Part shown: positions 1 through 13,504 of the stretch, in pieces | Numbering within the stretch: position 1 is the first letter of the stretch | Layout: every line of letters begins with the position of its first letter | NCBI GenBank assembly: GCA_002633005.1 | Contig: NMRA01000315.1 | Location: 452,463-516,462, forward strand | Origin: Phoronis australis | Lineage: Eukaryota > Animalia > Phoronida | DNA length: 64,000 nt | Reading direction: 5' to 3' | Notes under the pieces: model-generated | Seen by the model: only the letters and a program-made list of their open reading frames with translations | Told to the model about the DNA's origin: nothing | The model's database searches: none | Program-made: the position numbers and the translations under genes

Positions 1-650
1 ACACTTCATGAACATTGCTTTTAACAATTCCGCCAGTAACTTGCCTTAGGAGACACATGTGGTGATACTGGACTGAATAACGTTAACATTGTGACGCCAT
101 ATGTGTTTTATCGATTTCCTTAAAATATAGCATGACATCAATTGCTAAGATTACGGGTGGACCTTGTTTTATTGGTGCTATACCATTTGATATTGTTTAG
201 TTTAGATTTATAGCTGACTATCATTTGAAATAAACAGTTTATCTGAGAATATTTGGTTGTTGCCATCAGCACCCATATAATCCCCCTGTCTTTTTCATGG
301 GACAATAACTAATTAAGGGTTTTCTAAAATGATTATCAAAAACATCTTCTTCTCAAAAAATGATTGCAAATTTGTTCATAAATCCCTAGGCTGTATCAAA
401 CGTCTGAATTTACAACGGAATATAAAATTTTGGACATTTAATTCCTAGATCACACAGCATGATCCTGACTTGAAAATGTCGAGTTTTAACTCGCAGTAGC
501 TTAGATCTAGGGTAATCAAGTGCGACCTAGAAATTCATATGCGTAAACCATAGTACAACTTCGATCAATTATAGTCATTTATCTTAAGTTGAGGCTTTAC
601 GAAGTGGCGATGCATGAGACATTTAAATCTACACGTCTGCGTCAACTTAC

Positions 651-995
651 ACATTAGCTTAATCACAACATTTTTTCGCTTGGCCAAATGAGGCACTTCC
701 CGTTTGACTGCTAAGCACTCGAATATTTGGTTGTGAAACATTGGGGACATACTGAAGGCTACGTCTTTCGTGCACGTTGTATGATTTGATTGGCCGTGAC
801 TTTGGTGGCACACTGTCTCCGTCGTATTGTACAGTGTGGACGACACATTGGTCAGCCATTGAACCCGAGGAGACGTCAGAAGGTTGCCCACGTGGCATCT
901 TATGTGGACAACTTTATTGCGGATCGCTTCTACTTGTTCTTCCTTAAACTCTTCATCACTAGTGGCATTTTTGAGGATGACACTACCAGGGCCAC
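651..995 (-). CDS. Ig-like domain exon, type C (left receptor copy)
   Basis: Acceptor cttatag|GT, donor T|gtaagt, 345 nt, phase 1-1, open. Peptide GGPGSVILKNATSDEE...IRCHVGNLLTSPRVQW...FECLAVKREVPHLAKRKNVVIKLM. Same length as, and clearly homologous to, 53204-53548. Confidence 0.9.
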
Positions 996-2060
996 CTATA
1001 AGACATGTACGAAAAGTGCTCATTGGTTACATATGTAAGCAAGCTCAGTGAGCTTTATCTCATTAAACAAGCTAATACAATACATGTTGCAAGACAACGG
1101 TCCGCACGCGCGTTGTTACTAATAGTGTATAATTCAATCAAACTCATAAAAACGACTCATTGTTATCCAGACATCTTGAATTTAGGATAAGAGCACCTGC
1201 GCGTTATGGCGTAGATCTTGGCTTTCAGCAAATTTCCACATGCAGCTCCAAAGACTCCGCACAAACAAAATTAAAAAACAGAATAACTCCAAAATACATC
1301 AAAAAGTAAGTGTACTTTCTGTTTATTGCTCTCATCCCCTCCGAAAACGAGAAAATCCGATTAGATTGTGTGGGTTTAATTGAAAAAGCAATGGAGGATT
1401 TAGGGGGGGGGGGGAGGCAAGAGGACCATGCCCCCCGAAAATTCTCCCAGATACCATTTGGCAGTTCGGGGTGCAACTTGCTGACTACCATAAGCGTGCA
1501 CCCAGGGGGCTCGGGGGCGAATGAACAACGCATAGGTCTTGAATAAACCCTGTTTACCTTTATTTTTTTAGAAACAAGCTCCGAAAACACAAAAATTTGA
1601 GACCCTGCATCTCTAAATTTTAAGCTGGGCGCGCGTGTAGCGAAATTCTGGTTATTCCTGTGCCCTGAAAAGTGAAAAGTGACCACGCTTTGCTTGGATG
1701 ATGCAGAATTGTTGAAAGCAGAAGTTTTAAGTGAAAGCTAAAATTTTCACTAACTAGCGCCAGCACAGTAAGGCCAAATGTGCATTCGAAAATACAAAAC
1801 ACTGGCGAGACACTTGTGATAAGGAGGCAGTGAATTCTGTCCCATAATGCAACATTATACCCTCGCTAATCAATCACTTTAGTGGCCGCTGTTTTGCTAC
1901 TTACATGTATAAAGTTCCAAACGTACTAGAGAACTTTTATCATGCATGATATTGATTAAGGCAACAAAGTTTGAATTCCAGTCCCGAAACTAGAAAGCAA
2001 AAGCAGAAAGCCCACTCTCTTTTTAGTACACCATATATAGTAAGTGTTTTCTAGTCTTAC

Positions 2061-2378
2061 CAATGATTGTTACGCTTAAGGTAGCTTCTGCCTTAAAAGT
2101 TGTGTTAGCAACATTAACTGCCACGCATTTGATGCTCCTCTGGACAAAACCAGACGTGAATTTCATTTTCTTTGTAACTACCAGTAAGTTGTTCGGCATT
2201 TCTTTTTCCACGACTTCTGTATCTCCTTGAACACCAGTGATTTCTATGTGTGCACCGGGATAAACTAGGTCTGTCGAACATGATACTTCGGAATAGTCGT
2301 CCTCAACGATGGCAAATTCATCACCATCTTGGTAGGTTTTTGACCCCGCGTTAGCAAACTCGACCTTCATTGGGCCGG
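2061..2378 (-). CDS. Ig-like domain exon, type B (left copy)
   Basis: Acceptor tattttag|CC, donor G|gtaaga, 318 nt, phase 1-1. Peptide GPMKVEFANAGSKTYQDGDEF...SCSTDLVYPGA...IKCVAVNVA. Paralogous to 56176-56493. Confidence 0.9.
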
Positions 2379-3600
2379 CTAAAATACAGACAGTCCCAAT
2401 CATTTCAGCCGAGCCGGAATAAAGAAATGAAGAACAAAGTGTTGGTGTGGCAAGAAAAACTCGCCAAGGCACTTTTTTAGTGTTTGATAATGCAAGTTAG
2501 TGCCCCTGATTTGGGAACTTCATCTACGGCGCTGCTGAAGTTTTCCAAATGCAGTGTGGGGAGATCGTGGACTCGTCAACCCGGCTCTGGTGAGATCACA
2601 TATACAAATTAAAGACGTGAAAACAACCTGATACAAAACAGCGCTTGTCAGATGTGTGCACCACAATACAACCATTGCAGCAAACTGTTTGGAACGAGTA
2701 AGACGAAGCAACCACCATAGAAACAAAAACGATTGAAAGTTATCCTCAAAATGCGTTGAATAAATGCGTAGACTAATGGACCGTTTGGGCGAAAAAGTTC
2801 TCGAATCATGCATCACACATAAACGCTGAAGTCGAATCTGATCAACTAAAACGCTAATTATAAATAGTGTCGCATGTTTAAAAGTTACCGTATCAAGCCA
2901 GCTAGTCAATACTTAGCAGGGTTTGAAGTCAGTACTTTGAAAGAGTAGTTAGCATTATTACATATCACACCAGAACAACACATCAACTATTAACCTGCTC
3001 ACTTCGAATATGAGATTGCGTGAAGACATTCCCGAAATAACATGGCGCTAAAAATCGAGCCCTACGAAAGAACTTATTCACATGAATATTCGACTTTTTA
3101 CTATTTGCTTGTCACTCCGCCATTTCTATTATTCAGCCAACGGTAAACTCGTTAACTGGAGAACGGCAATTGCCGATTTGTCACGGAAGGTTACGCATTA
3201 TCTAGCAAGTCAGCAATTGCCGTTCATCCGTAGCTCCGTGATCGTATAATTCCATACTGTCCTTGATCTTGAACCGACTCGCGTGATACACGGGAGTTGT
3301 TCCGGAAGGGCTTTTTGTGAAGATATTTGTGGTTTGACCGCAAATTTCTTGCGAACTCGGTGGAACAGGACACCGTTAATGGTAATGAGAGAAAGAAAAA
3401 TTCATCATGGTTTGTTGAACCTCCCCTGTTTTGTGCAAGTTTATTCAGTTCTGTGTTTGCTATGGACAGCTGAAGTGAAGCACCCGTTGCAAATTTCTAG
3501 TCCGGAGTGTCATACTGTGTTGCATTGTATAGTGTATTGGGGACGGTGAGAAGCTGAGGACGCCCGTGAGTGGAAGTGTAGAACCAGTGCCAACATAGAT

Positions 3601-4169
3601 TATAGACAACAGATTCGCAACTCCGGCATTTTCATGCGAAATATCATAGAGGAGGCGCCCCCCCCCCAAACATACATGTAGCAAGCTCTGATTTTAGTTA
3701 CTGTATTGTGACGGAATAGTCTTCCATCTATTTTACTGTCTAATACAATGAAAAACTATAATGTCGGCACTGAAACGCTGATCAAGGTCTTCCAACAGTA
3801 GAGTGCAGAAATTTTGAGCGGTACCGGCGTGCATTCGAGCTTAAAAACGAAAAGTCCCGTGTAGTATGTAAAGTGCTGTTGAAGCGCTAGATTGGTTCTT
3901 GAGTAGGCCAGTTGGTTATTAATATCAGTTTTTTTAAGAAGCTAACGTTTTACGAGTATTCAATTTATTTAAAGACATTATGTGAGTTAGGAAAAATCGC
4001 TAATCCAAAATACCGACAATGATCATAATTAGCAGACGACGTACTTGCCGGAAGTAAAGCGTGCTATGTTTGCCAGGTGTCGCTAATGAAGAATGACGTC
4101 ACGGCTTATGCGTAAGATCACAGTTTTCGTCTATTGAATCTATACGGAGTTGGCGATCCAGACACTATA
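3601..4169. mobile_element. ~570 bp MITE-like repeat, copy 1
   Basis: Imperfect terminal inverted repeats tatagacaacagattcgcaactccg / cggagttggcgatccagacactata. A diverged second copy lies at ~18560-19105. Confidence 0.6.
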
Positions 4170-4924
4170 ACCTATGGTGTCACACACATCACACTCAAAT
4201 TGCACGTCAAACATTAAACTACACGCGTCGAAATTACGATCGCGTGAACACAATTATCTTAAGAAGTAATACACCGAGTATAACCGCACGGAATTAAATC
4301 AAACCCTTTGAAAGAACTTGTTCACTCGAAGATTCGACTTTTTACATGTTTTAACCTTCCCGTGAACTTATGAACTAAAGCACTCGCTGGGCTCATTGAT
4401 TGGCATTCGGATCACAGCTTGACGCCACTAGGTAAAAAATAAGGGTTGAAGATGGCATATTTTATCGTCATGAAAAGACTGACTCGAAATAGAAGCGGCA
4501 AGACCGTTTGCGGTTTCATGAACATGTGAAGGGAATTTTATTTGGCTAGTACTAACACATTGAACAGGAATTGCCCTATCATTCTTTTGGTTTATATCCA
4601 CTTCACCAAATGGTGAAAAGCCCTCCGGCGGAGCTTCGGTTCTGTTTAAGAGCTGGTATTGGCTAAGCGGTTCCTTGCTATATTTCGACATCAAATATAA
4701 TTTTCTGAGACGACAGTGCTGTGTTTTTAGACGTCAGTGTTAGTTTGTATACGTGGAGGTCTAATGCAATTGATTAGTGTCAGTTATTTTATAAATTTAC
4801 ATGAATGGTGAATTTTTTTTGCGTAGAATGCTGGATTTGTTAGTTGGCTTAGAAAACTGTAACATTAGAAAACGCTTGGAAGAAAAACATTTAAATATGA
4901 TAACTAAAAGGTGAGATTACTTAC

Positions 4925-5236
4925 AGACAATTCTCAAAAAGAGGCTCTTTGAGATGTTATTTCCTGATTTCTCTGTATTTTTCGCCACGCAGTGCCATTG
5001 CTCGCTGTGATACTGTCTGTCAGCCAAAAACGTCAGAGGCATGTAAAATGTTGAGCCACTCTTGTTCGTACTGGCGAAAGAACCAGACGCTGGATAGGTC
5101 TTACTCCAGTGAATAACAGCAGCAGGAAACACTTCGTCTGTCACGCACAGCACAGTATAAGTTTGACCATGAACTAAGGCGCTGCTGTTGAAAAGAGCTC
5201 CATCTTCTGAAGTGAATGTCAGCCTTGTCGGTCCAA
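4925..5236 (-). CDS. Ig-like domain exon, type A (left copy)
   Basis: Acceptor atcacag|TT, donor T|gtaagt, 312 nt, phase 1-1. Peptide GPTRLTFTSEDG...TYTVLCVTDEVFPAAVIHW...WHCVAKN. Confidence 0.9.
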
Positions 5237-5442
5237 CTGTGATTGTGTGAAAGCGAAAAAGCTTAAACAGCCCAATGATGAGAAGTGTTCATCATAAACA
5301 CACAGTGTGTGAGCTTAATCACTACACTTGTTCATTGCTAGCCATGTCCGGTCTAAACCTTGACACATGTAACATGTAGTGGGGACAATGAGTTGGAAAT
5401 CGGGTGCCTGGTTGCATGAAACGGTCCAAAATAGTGACTTAA

Positions 5443-6899
5443 AGGCGAAGGCAACCTTTTTCCATGTCATTTTGAGCTAAAATAAGGTTGGTTGGTTATC
5501 CTAGACATATTTTCCACTTAATTACAGCTTTTCGTAATTTTATAAATTACTCGTCCGCTACTCCGGAATTGACGTTTTAGGAGGCAAGCGTTTCCCGCCA
5601 CTTGGTTTTGCGTTGACTTTACCGTGCGAATCTGTTCTATTCTACTTTTGTTTTGTGCTGTTTTTCAACAATTGTCGCCACCACTTTCCATCGGCGAGTA
5701 TTCTGCGGCAAGATAGGTTAGTAGAGAACTCAACTANNNNNNNNNNNNNNNNNNNNNNNNNNNNNNNNNNNNNNNNNNNNNNNNNNNNNNNNNNNNNNNN
5801 NNNNNNNNNNNNNNNNNNNNNNNNNNNNNNNNNNNNNNNNNNNNNNNNNNNNNNNNNNNNNNNNNNNNNNNNNNNNNNNNNNNNNNNNNNNNNNNNNNNN
5901 NNNNNNNNNNNNNNNNNNNNNNNNNNNNNNNNNNNNNNNNNNNNNNNNNNNNNNNNNNNNNNNNNNNNNNNNNNNNNNNNNNNNNNNNNNNNNNNNNNNN
6001 NNNNNNNNNNNNNNNNNNNNNNNNNNNNNNNNNNNNNNNNNNNNNNNNNNNNNNNNNNNNNNNNNNNNNNNNNNNNNNNNNNNNNNNNNNNNNNNNNNNN
6101 NNNNNNNNNNNNNNNNNNNNNNNNNNNNNNNNNNNNNNNNNNNNNNNNNNNNNNNNNNNNNNNNNNNNNNNNNNNNNNNNNNNNNNNNNNNNNNNNNNNN
6201 NNNNNNNNNNNNNNNNNNNNNNNNNNNNNNNNNNNNNNNNNNNNNNNNNNNNNNNNNNNNNNNNNNNNNNNNNNNNNNNNNNNNNNNNNNNNNNNNNNNN
6301 NNNNNNNNNNNNNNNNNNNNNNNNNNNNNNNNNNNNNNNNNNNNNNNNNNNNNNNNNNNNNNNNNNNNNNNNNNNNNNNNNNNNNNNNNNNNNNNNNNNN
6401 NNNNNNNNNNNNNNNNNNNNNNNNNNNNNNNNNNNNNNNNNNNNNNNNNNNNNNNNNNNNNNNNNNNNNNNNNNNNNNNNNNNNNNTTGCGTGGACGGGT
6501 AACGCTGCGTTCTTCACACGAACGAGCCAAGTACGGCGAAGTGTGTCATCCATCGGAAAGCGATGCAAAGGTACTCCCAAAGCGCGCGTGAGCCGATAAT
6601 TAGTACATCCTGGTACGCAGCAACGGTGTGGCATGTTGACTGACTAGTAAATGAAAGCAAACGACGGCGGAACTTAACACAACCGAGGTAGAACAATGAC
6701 TGACTCGGCAGCTCTCACAGTCAGACTATATGAAAAGAAATTGGCGCGAAATGCTTGCGTCCTAAAACGTCACTTCCGGAGTAGCGGACGAGTAATTAAT
6801 AAAATTACGAAAAGCTGTAATTAAGTGGAAAATATGTCTAGGATAACCAACCAACCTTATTTTAGCTCAAAATGACATGGAAAAATGTTGCCTTCGCCT
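5443..6899 (-). mobile_element. Kolobok-type DNA transposon, family A, copy 1 (interior lost in assembly gap)
   Basis: TTAA at 5439-5442 and 6900-6903. Long (~150 bp) TIRs begin AGGCGAAGGCAAC. THAP N-terminus MPHRCCVPGCTNY...HRFP...W starts at 6634 on the minus strand. Near-identical to 32437-34134 in the opposite orientation. Confidence 0.85.
5737..6486. other. Assembly gap (750 N)
   Basis: Run of N. Confidence 1.
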
Positions 6900-8459
6900 T
6901 TAACTGATTTACCTAATCTTCTTCGTTCTATACTCTTACGTGTAGTTTTTTATCATTTTATCTTTGTTATGAACTCTGCTTCTATGACTAATGACATTTT
7001 CTAATAATATGACTAAAACTGAGCGCTTAGTTCAGTCAAAACAAGCATTGACTTACATGCATTAGTGATACTGAAATAGCTTAAGAAAGGTGTGTTCACA
7101 ACCCCACAAATACGCGTTACACGTAGATTTAGGGAACTTAGTTGAGAGTCCCTATTTGGGACTGTTTCATGCACTGGAAAGGAGAATAAAGGCAATTAGC
7201 AGCTTCATAATTCATACTATTTGGTAAACTAACGTTTGATGTACAAAACCGAACATATGTATAAACATGTGTGCTCCGATAGGAAGAGCTGCGACGTTTA
7301 CAGCTAACAACGTAGGCCTACCCTGTCTGGAACATCTCCCACTACGAGCCTTTTGTTGTATGGGAAAATCACCCATATTTACATTACAGACGCAATCCCA
7401 TTTTCACGTATGAAAGTGAAATATTTAGCAGATGAATAAATTTCAAACTGAAAAAGGAACAGTTGATTGAGGTCATGTAGGACCCTAGATGTCCTAATAT
7501 GGCTAGATGTGAATAGTGACATCTTAGAAATGGCTTATGACATTCACATGTAATTTTCAAGAGTGCTTTTTGCACAGTTCACCACCGTCAGTGCTGGCAG
7601 GAATTGGTTTTAAATTGTTCCACTTTTGCATGAGGGATTATCAAAAATCAAATACGTCCTGTCATAATTTTTAGGAAAAACTCAAAAGTTACAGAAAACC
7701 GAAACGTCATTGTAATTTAAGAAACTAAAAGAGTTACTGAGATATTTTGTATTTCATGAAGTTTGCTCAATAATTTTTGCCATTGTAAATTTAGTCAGAG
7801 GTCTATTTCACGAAACGTGGATTAAGATTCAAGGCAGAATTTGGTCTTACGCTCCACACAACTATATTAGAAAAAAATTAAATCTTACTTGAGCAACAAT
7901 ACAATATCTCTGAGAAAGTAGCTATTACTTCAAGTAAGTGACATAATTTGTATAAATTATTTTTATATTGTGATCTTCTAATAATTTCCAAGCCAGTTAT
8001 TAATTCAGAAATTGTTTATTGAGAGTGTAACACCAATTAAACATGAAGTCACATTTCAAGAAAATGACCCCAGTTTTTGGCCTATAACAGTGTCGTAAGA
8101 TGACGTCATCAATTAGAACATTCGCCTCATTTCAGGGTGGTTGTGGAATCGTGAAGCATACCTGAAGTTTCGGCAGCATAAGGGTGAATTTTTGCACAAT
8201 AGTTGGCTGCTAGAGAGGGGTGATACAGTCAGATGTGTCGTCGTTCTATAGCCTTCCAAAAATTATAGACCATTTACTAAGGGTAAAAGTTCGAAGAGTT
8301 GTCTCGGAGCAGGGCGGTCGAATTAATTTTTCATTTTGAAGAAATTATTGGAAAAATGATGCTTCCCACACAACAACAAAAAAGAAATATGAAAATCGTA
8401 TAAAGCAGTACAAGGCAATTTGAACTTTTGTTGCGAAATTTGAATGACTTGCTTGGATC

Positions 8460-9604
8460 CACAGGCGCTTGGGTTTATCTGTTCCTCGATCGCAAATGAC
8501 GTCATTCAATAATACATAGAAAACATAAAGGTTGGACACTTAAACTTTGCCAAGCCGAGGCTCCCAACTTCAACCGTCCAAAATCCAAATAAAATCTGCG
8601 TGCACCTCCCTCAGTCTGGTGTTGCATAAACCTTCGAAGCCTTATCTTTCCCAGATGGACCCATTAACTGTCTTCGTGAGTGGTGAATTGGCGATGGAAT
8701 TTCCAAAACAATCTCAAAACTCTGAATTAAAGGACCTGAAATAGTAAACATGGCGGATTTCAGTTGTGCTTCAACTTGTACGCCTGTCGTAGATGAAACT
8801 TCATGTTTGAGCAAGCATCCTATATTTCAAATTCAATAATTCTAATCCAAAACTCAACAACTAATTGAGAATGTTAAAGTTAGTATTTTAATGACTATTT
8901 GTAACTTTATTCCACTGACGGCTCATTTTAGCACCTAATTTTATTGCATAAACTGGCGTATCTTGTTCCTCATCTTGAGATCACTCACTTTTCTTGGATG
9001 AAGCACAACACACATTCGGCCTGGAAACGCAGTCCGTGCAAGTTTTACAATGCGCGTGGCCGAAGAGTTAACTCAATGGTTTTTTGCCAAAAGTAAAACC
9101 TTCATAAGAGATCACAGTACACACAAAAACTTCGCATATCAATACAGTATCAGGATAATTTACATTTGACACAAATATGTGAGTAATTACATTTATTTGG
9201 CAATAAAGTGCTCTCTGCTTCTCATGATCAAGTAGTCGAGGGATTGACGGCGAAAGCCGCGCGAAATTAGACTTTCGGATTTAGCTCGGGAGCGTCCGTC
9301 AAAAACTCAGGTGTCATGAGAAGACCGTCTGCCATGACATCACGGAATTAGGTCCTTGAATTTGTGATTTTGGCATTCTTTTGGCATTTTTGTCGCCAAA
9401 TCACCACTCGAAGGCAATTTGAAGGATCAAATGAAAGATAGTATTCTAAGAGTTGTTCGATGCTAGTTTCGTGGAGTTCCATGCACATTTGAGTAGAAAA
9501 TTCTGAACAAACAGATTTCCAGTGTCCAACCTTTATGTTTTGTTATATGTATTATTGAGTGACGTCATTTGCGATCGAGGAACAGATAAACCCAAGCGCC
9601 TGTG
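8460..9604. mobile_element. Non-autonomous TIR element with 8-bp TSD (P-element-like or hAT-like), copy 1
   Basis: ~80 bp TIRs CACAGGCGCTTGGGTTTATC... / ...GATAAACCCAAGCGCCTGTG. Exact TSD cttggatc at 8452-8459 and 9605-9612. No coding capacity seen. Confidence 0.85.
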
Positions 9605-10703
9605 CTTGGATCGTGTCGGTCATCCAAGACGTCAGCGGCATAAGTTGCGTGTTCAATTATTTTCACCGACATTTTGCAGTGAAGTTTAGTTTACCTCCTG
9701 TTGTGTGCGATTCAACAATTTTCTTCAGAATTTAGTCACACAGATGTTACTGTTTGAGTGTTTACTGTGCTCATAATTCCCGTTGGGCTTAGCCTCGCTT
9801 CCTGCGGCACGTATAACATGACGACTTTTGATGAACTAAAACATTTGTTCAACCGGCTACTTTGTAATTGGTGGAGATTTAAGTATGATGCCCTTTGGTA
9901 AACGCTGCTATACGATAGTAACGTTGTACAATTTTTAAGTTTCTTTTTTGGATCTTGCGTACGATTGGAAAATGTCATTTCACATGTGCTGAAAAGTCGC
10001 AGTGCTTTGTCTCTGCGGTCGTTGCCGATTCTCGAATCGAAAGCAGACTATCTTCAATTTTGTATTGCTTAGGGACGTTAAATTGTGAAAAATGTCAACA
10101 AAAAATTATTCCGCAACAGCCAACGGTGATAATGATCCTGAAATTCTGGCATTTGTGCCAAACGTTCAATCTTGTGGATGCTATTGAGGCTGAATGAAGT
10201 TATATGAAGGAAAGCCGCATGCCGAAACTTGACCTTTTTACAAGCTCTTCTATAGGTTATTAAAACTAGATCCCAGTGAAATGAAAACCAAAAGCATCCG
10301 ATATAAATACATCTCCTTTCTCACCGAGTGACATTAACTTTTCCTATCAGAAGAAAGGCTTTATACTAATGGTAAAAACTTTTCAATTTGGTACTAGTTA
10401 TGGGGAAATAACATTCATTGACTGCATCGATTGTCTTAATATCAACAGAAAGCCCGTTAATGTTACACTTTGATGATTGAATAAATTTTTCGCCAACAGG
10501 CAAGTTTGTCACTAATTACTAAAACCACAATATTTCTTCAGTTTTAAAGCCCCAAACAGTGCAGTTGTGCTGATTCTTTATACAGCTGATTCAGAAATGA
10601 TTACCGATTACGCTTGCGAATTGTCACTTTCCTGTTGACCTATAGAAATGTGAAGCGATCAAAATGAAGTATTCCCTTTGTTTGCATTTGATTTGTTTGT
10701 GTA

Positions 10704-10948
10704 CAGGGGCGGATCCAGGATTCTGAGTTAGGGGGGAGGGCACAGGAATAACCAGAATTTTGCCTCATGTGCGCCCACAGCCTAAAATGTAGAGGGTCTC
10801 TAATTTTTGGTTTTGTGTACCTTATCACTGAAAAAACGGGGTTCTGCAATCGCTCCCCGAGCCCCCCCCCCTGGGTGCCCGCATATGCAATTTGCACCCG
10901 AACTTCCAAATGGGAGAATGTTAGGGGCCCCCCCTAAATCCGCCACTG
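10704..10948. mobile_element. Short MITE with CAGGGGCGGAT/ATCCGCCACTG ends (hAT-like)
   Basis: Short TIRs and G/C runs. Related copies at ~1390-1630, ~37232-37530, ~44185-44235 and ~54768-54920. Confidence 0.6.
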
Positions 10949-11289
10949 GTGTATGTAATTATTTTTAGAGCTTTCTTAAGAAGGCTTTTCAACAATTCTA
11001 AGTTTTGGGTTAACTTGTCTACAACAAAAGTTCCACATGCAAGAAAAAATATATTTTCAATTGTAGCTAGCTGGATAAAATCTGCTATGCACAAGATTCC
11101 AGAATTAACAATTATCAGTGTATTTAAAAACAAAATGGTAAACTGAACAAGCACATACATATAAAGAAACAACATTGTTAAAAACAACTGTAATTTTCCC
11201 AATGCAACGGAGTCCCTAATCAGGCATATCAAGAGATGACTTTCTGATTCTCTCAGGTTATTGCTGAAGGATTGCTTTTCATTCACTTT

Positions 11290-12075
11290 GTCCAAAGGTA
11301 AAACAGACGGTCAGGCAGCTGCTTTCAGTCGTTTCCTCTCACCTGTAACCGAATAGTTAGAGAAATATTAGCAAATTATAAAAAAACACAAGACAAAACT
11401 ACTTTTGTAAAGCAGAACATTTTTGACGTTTCATTTTCATGTTTATATGTAGAAACTAATATTCTTTGTACCCAAGTCTTATTTAAGATCTGAATTAAAA
11501 TATGTGGAACACTAAAACTGATTTATTAATGTATTTTTTTCGTGACACCTAAAATGGGTTTCTGATCTCAAGATATAAAATTTATTCCAGGTGTCACTTT
11601 TTTCCAATGCAATGTTACGATATTTACTGAATAGCTTATTCATGTTAATTCGGTAACTAATTTGGTAGTCCTGGGTTATTGCTGTGAAAAAGTCACCCTT
11701 GACTTCTGAGCGTCACGTACCATACACCTCTGATATTGGGCGCACTCCCATCCAGGACGTTGCTAGCCAACCATCCGGGTCCCGAGTGAGTTTCCGAAAA
11801 GAGAACTTAGTTCCACTGAATAAACCCGTTATTCAGTCGGGTAACTGGTGGGGATTACATCACGATGTCGATAGAAACTGGTTGCTAAAAACTTACCATA
11901 TAACATTCATTTAGTCTCTCAATGGAAATGCCTAGATCACACAGTGAGGCTTCGGTATCCACACACTTTTTGTCCACGCCTGGAGTAACCTTAGGTCTTT
12001 TGGAAATTTGTGACCACCTGTCGAAGACTTGCACCGAGGAAAATAGCAATAATAAGGCTTAGCGCGACGACGTAT
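11290..12075 (-). pseudogene. Decayed two-exon THAP zinc-finger (transposon relic)
   Basis: Exon 1 reads YYCYFPRCKSSTGGHKFPKDLRLLQAWTKSVWIPKPHCVI* then frameshifted HF. Donor gtaagt at ~11895, acceptor ttacag at ~11343. Exon 2 reads GERKRLKAAA*PSVFTFG, equivalent to the THAP AVPTIF box. Confidence 0.6.
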
Positions 12076-12512
12076 TTTGATAGACAATTCCGTCCTTTTA
12101 CCAGCTGTTTACATGTTCATGCAGACAGCGATGCATGCGCAATTCAATCACCACTTGTATAGCAGCGACACCGCGAGGAGAATTCTCCGAATAGCCCTAC
12201 TATGATAAAAGGCCACCCACCAAGAACCGTACGTTCCAGTTTGTGGGACAGGGAGTACGAATTTTTAGTTGATTCCTACCTCTATCTTTGAAAAGTGATG
12301 CCAATGATGAATTAGCAGGTGACAGAACGAGGATTGGTTGACATAGTCATGAAAACGAGGTTTAATATCATTTTAAGTAAGAAAAAGTTAAGACGGAAAA
12401 GGTTTCACGAAACGTGCCCTACAAATTTCTTCTCAAGATAGAAATTCGATAAAAAATAAGTGACGTAAATGGTCATAGAATGTTTAAGCCAATGAAAAAA
12501 TGATAGGCTTAC

Positions 12513-12845
12513 AGGTCCGCTGCTCAGCTTTGATCAACAATTGGGCAGATGCCTTGAACACGTTGTATTCAGAATTATTAGCAGTACACGTGACCAAGTT
12601 GGTGGTTGATGACGAAGCAGTGAAAGCCAAGTCTAAACTATAAATAGTCCCATTTTTCTCCAAAGTCGTGTTCGCACGGTGATGTAGCCCCTCGATCCCG
12701 ATCCAATTAATATCGACATCAGGATAAACTGGGTCTGTTTGGCAGACCAGAACGTAACTTTTTCCAACGGTAACTGTTAGGTTGTCGCCGTCTTTGTAGA
12801 TAATCGCATTCAGAGTATCGAGAACCGTGAGCTGGGTTGGGCCAA
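12513..12845 (-). CDS. Ig-like domain exon, type B (left copy); absent from the ORF track
   Basis: Acceptor tctttaaag|TT, donor T|gtaagc, 333 nt, open. Peptide GPTQLTVLDTLNAIIYKDGDNLTVTVGKSYVLVCQTDPVYPDVDINW...VTCTANNSEYNVFKASAQLLIKAEQRT. Confidence 0.85.
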
Positions 12846-13195
12846 CTTTAAAGACATTTTAACCTGAGTTTAATGAAGAATTCAAAATACATTTGTGTCA
12901 GAAACAACACAATTAATGCTCGTAAAGCAGAAATAGAAACATCATTGATAAAATACTTTTAATTTTAAATGCAGCCAATTCCGCATATTCATGCAATGTG
13001 AGCATTTAGCACTTTGGTGTTAAATTGGTTTACCACCATACACTGTTGCAGCACCATTAATAACTGGTATGGAATCTAAAAGACAACCTGCCCATCAGCA
13101 TCTTCACCCCTAGGGTAAAATTCTGTTCCCCTGGTACAACAATTAAGGTAAACAGCTTGACAGAATTCCATTTCATATCATTCCAACCAACTCAC

Positions 13196-13504
13196 AGTGA
13201 ACAGCCAATGGGAGACGGGCGGTTACAGATTGCGTGATCCTGCTGTTGGAGGCTGTGCAGTACAGTGATTGACCATTCAGAGACTGGTGAGCTACCAGAG
13301 ACAGGACAGTGTGTCTTTGTTTCTCGTTCTCATAGTCGCTTGTCACTTTGACGAACTTTTGATCTACGTTGGAGCACTTAATTATCGCGCTGGGAAAAGA
13401 CTCGTCCGTTTTACATATGACTGTGTACGTGCGAGAGTAAAGTAAAGTGCCATTTTCAAAAGGTGCTCCGTCTTCAGTCAAAAATATTAGTTTGTTAGGT
13501 CCAT
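13196..13504 (-). CDS. Ig-like domain exon, type A (left copy)
   Basis: Acceptor gttgcag|AT, donor T|gtgagt, 309 nt. Peptide GPNKLIFLTEDG...TYTVICKTDESFPSA...LNGQSLYCTASN. Confidence 0.9.

Noticed and set aside
5613-6634. Long ORFs of 266-330 aa in the ORF track
   Set aside because: Artefacts of translating the N gap; only the THAP N-terminus at 6487-6634 is real.
8460-8500. CACAG termini next to Ig exons, suggesting RAG recombination signal sequences or a Transib/ProtoRAG element
   Set aside because: The heptamer is CACAGGC with no nonamer at 12/23 spacing, the TSD is 8 bp rather than 5 bp, and the elements do not abut the exons.
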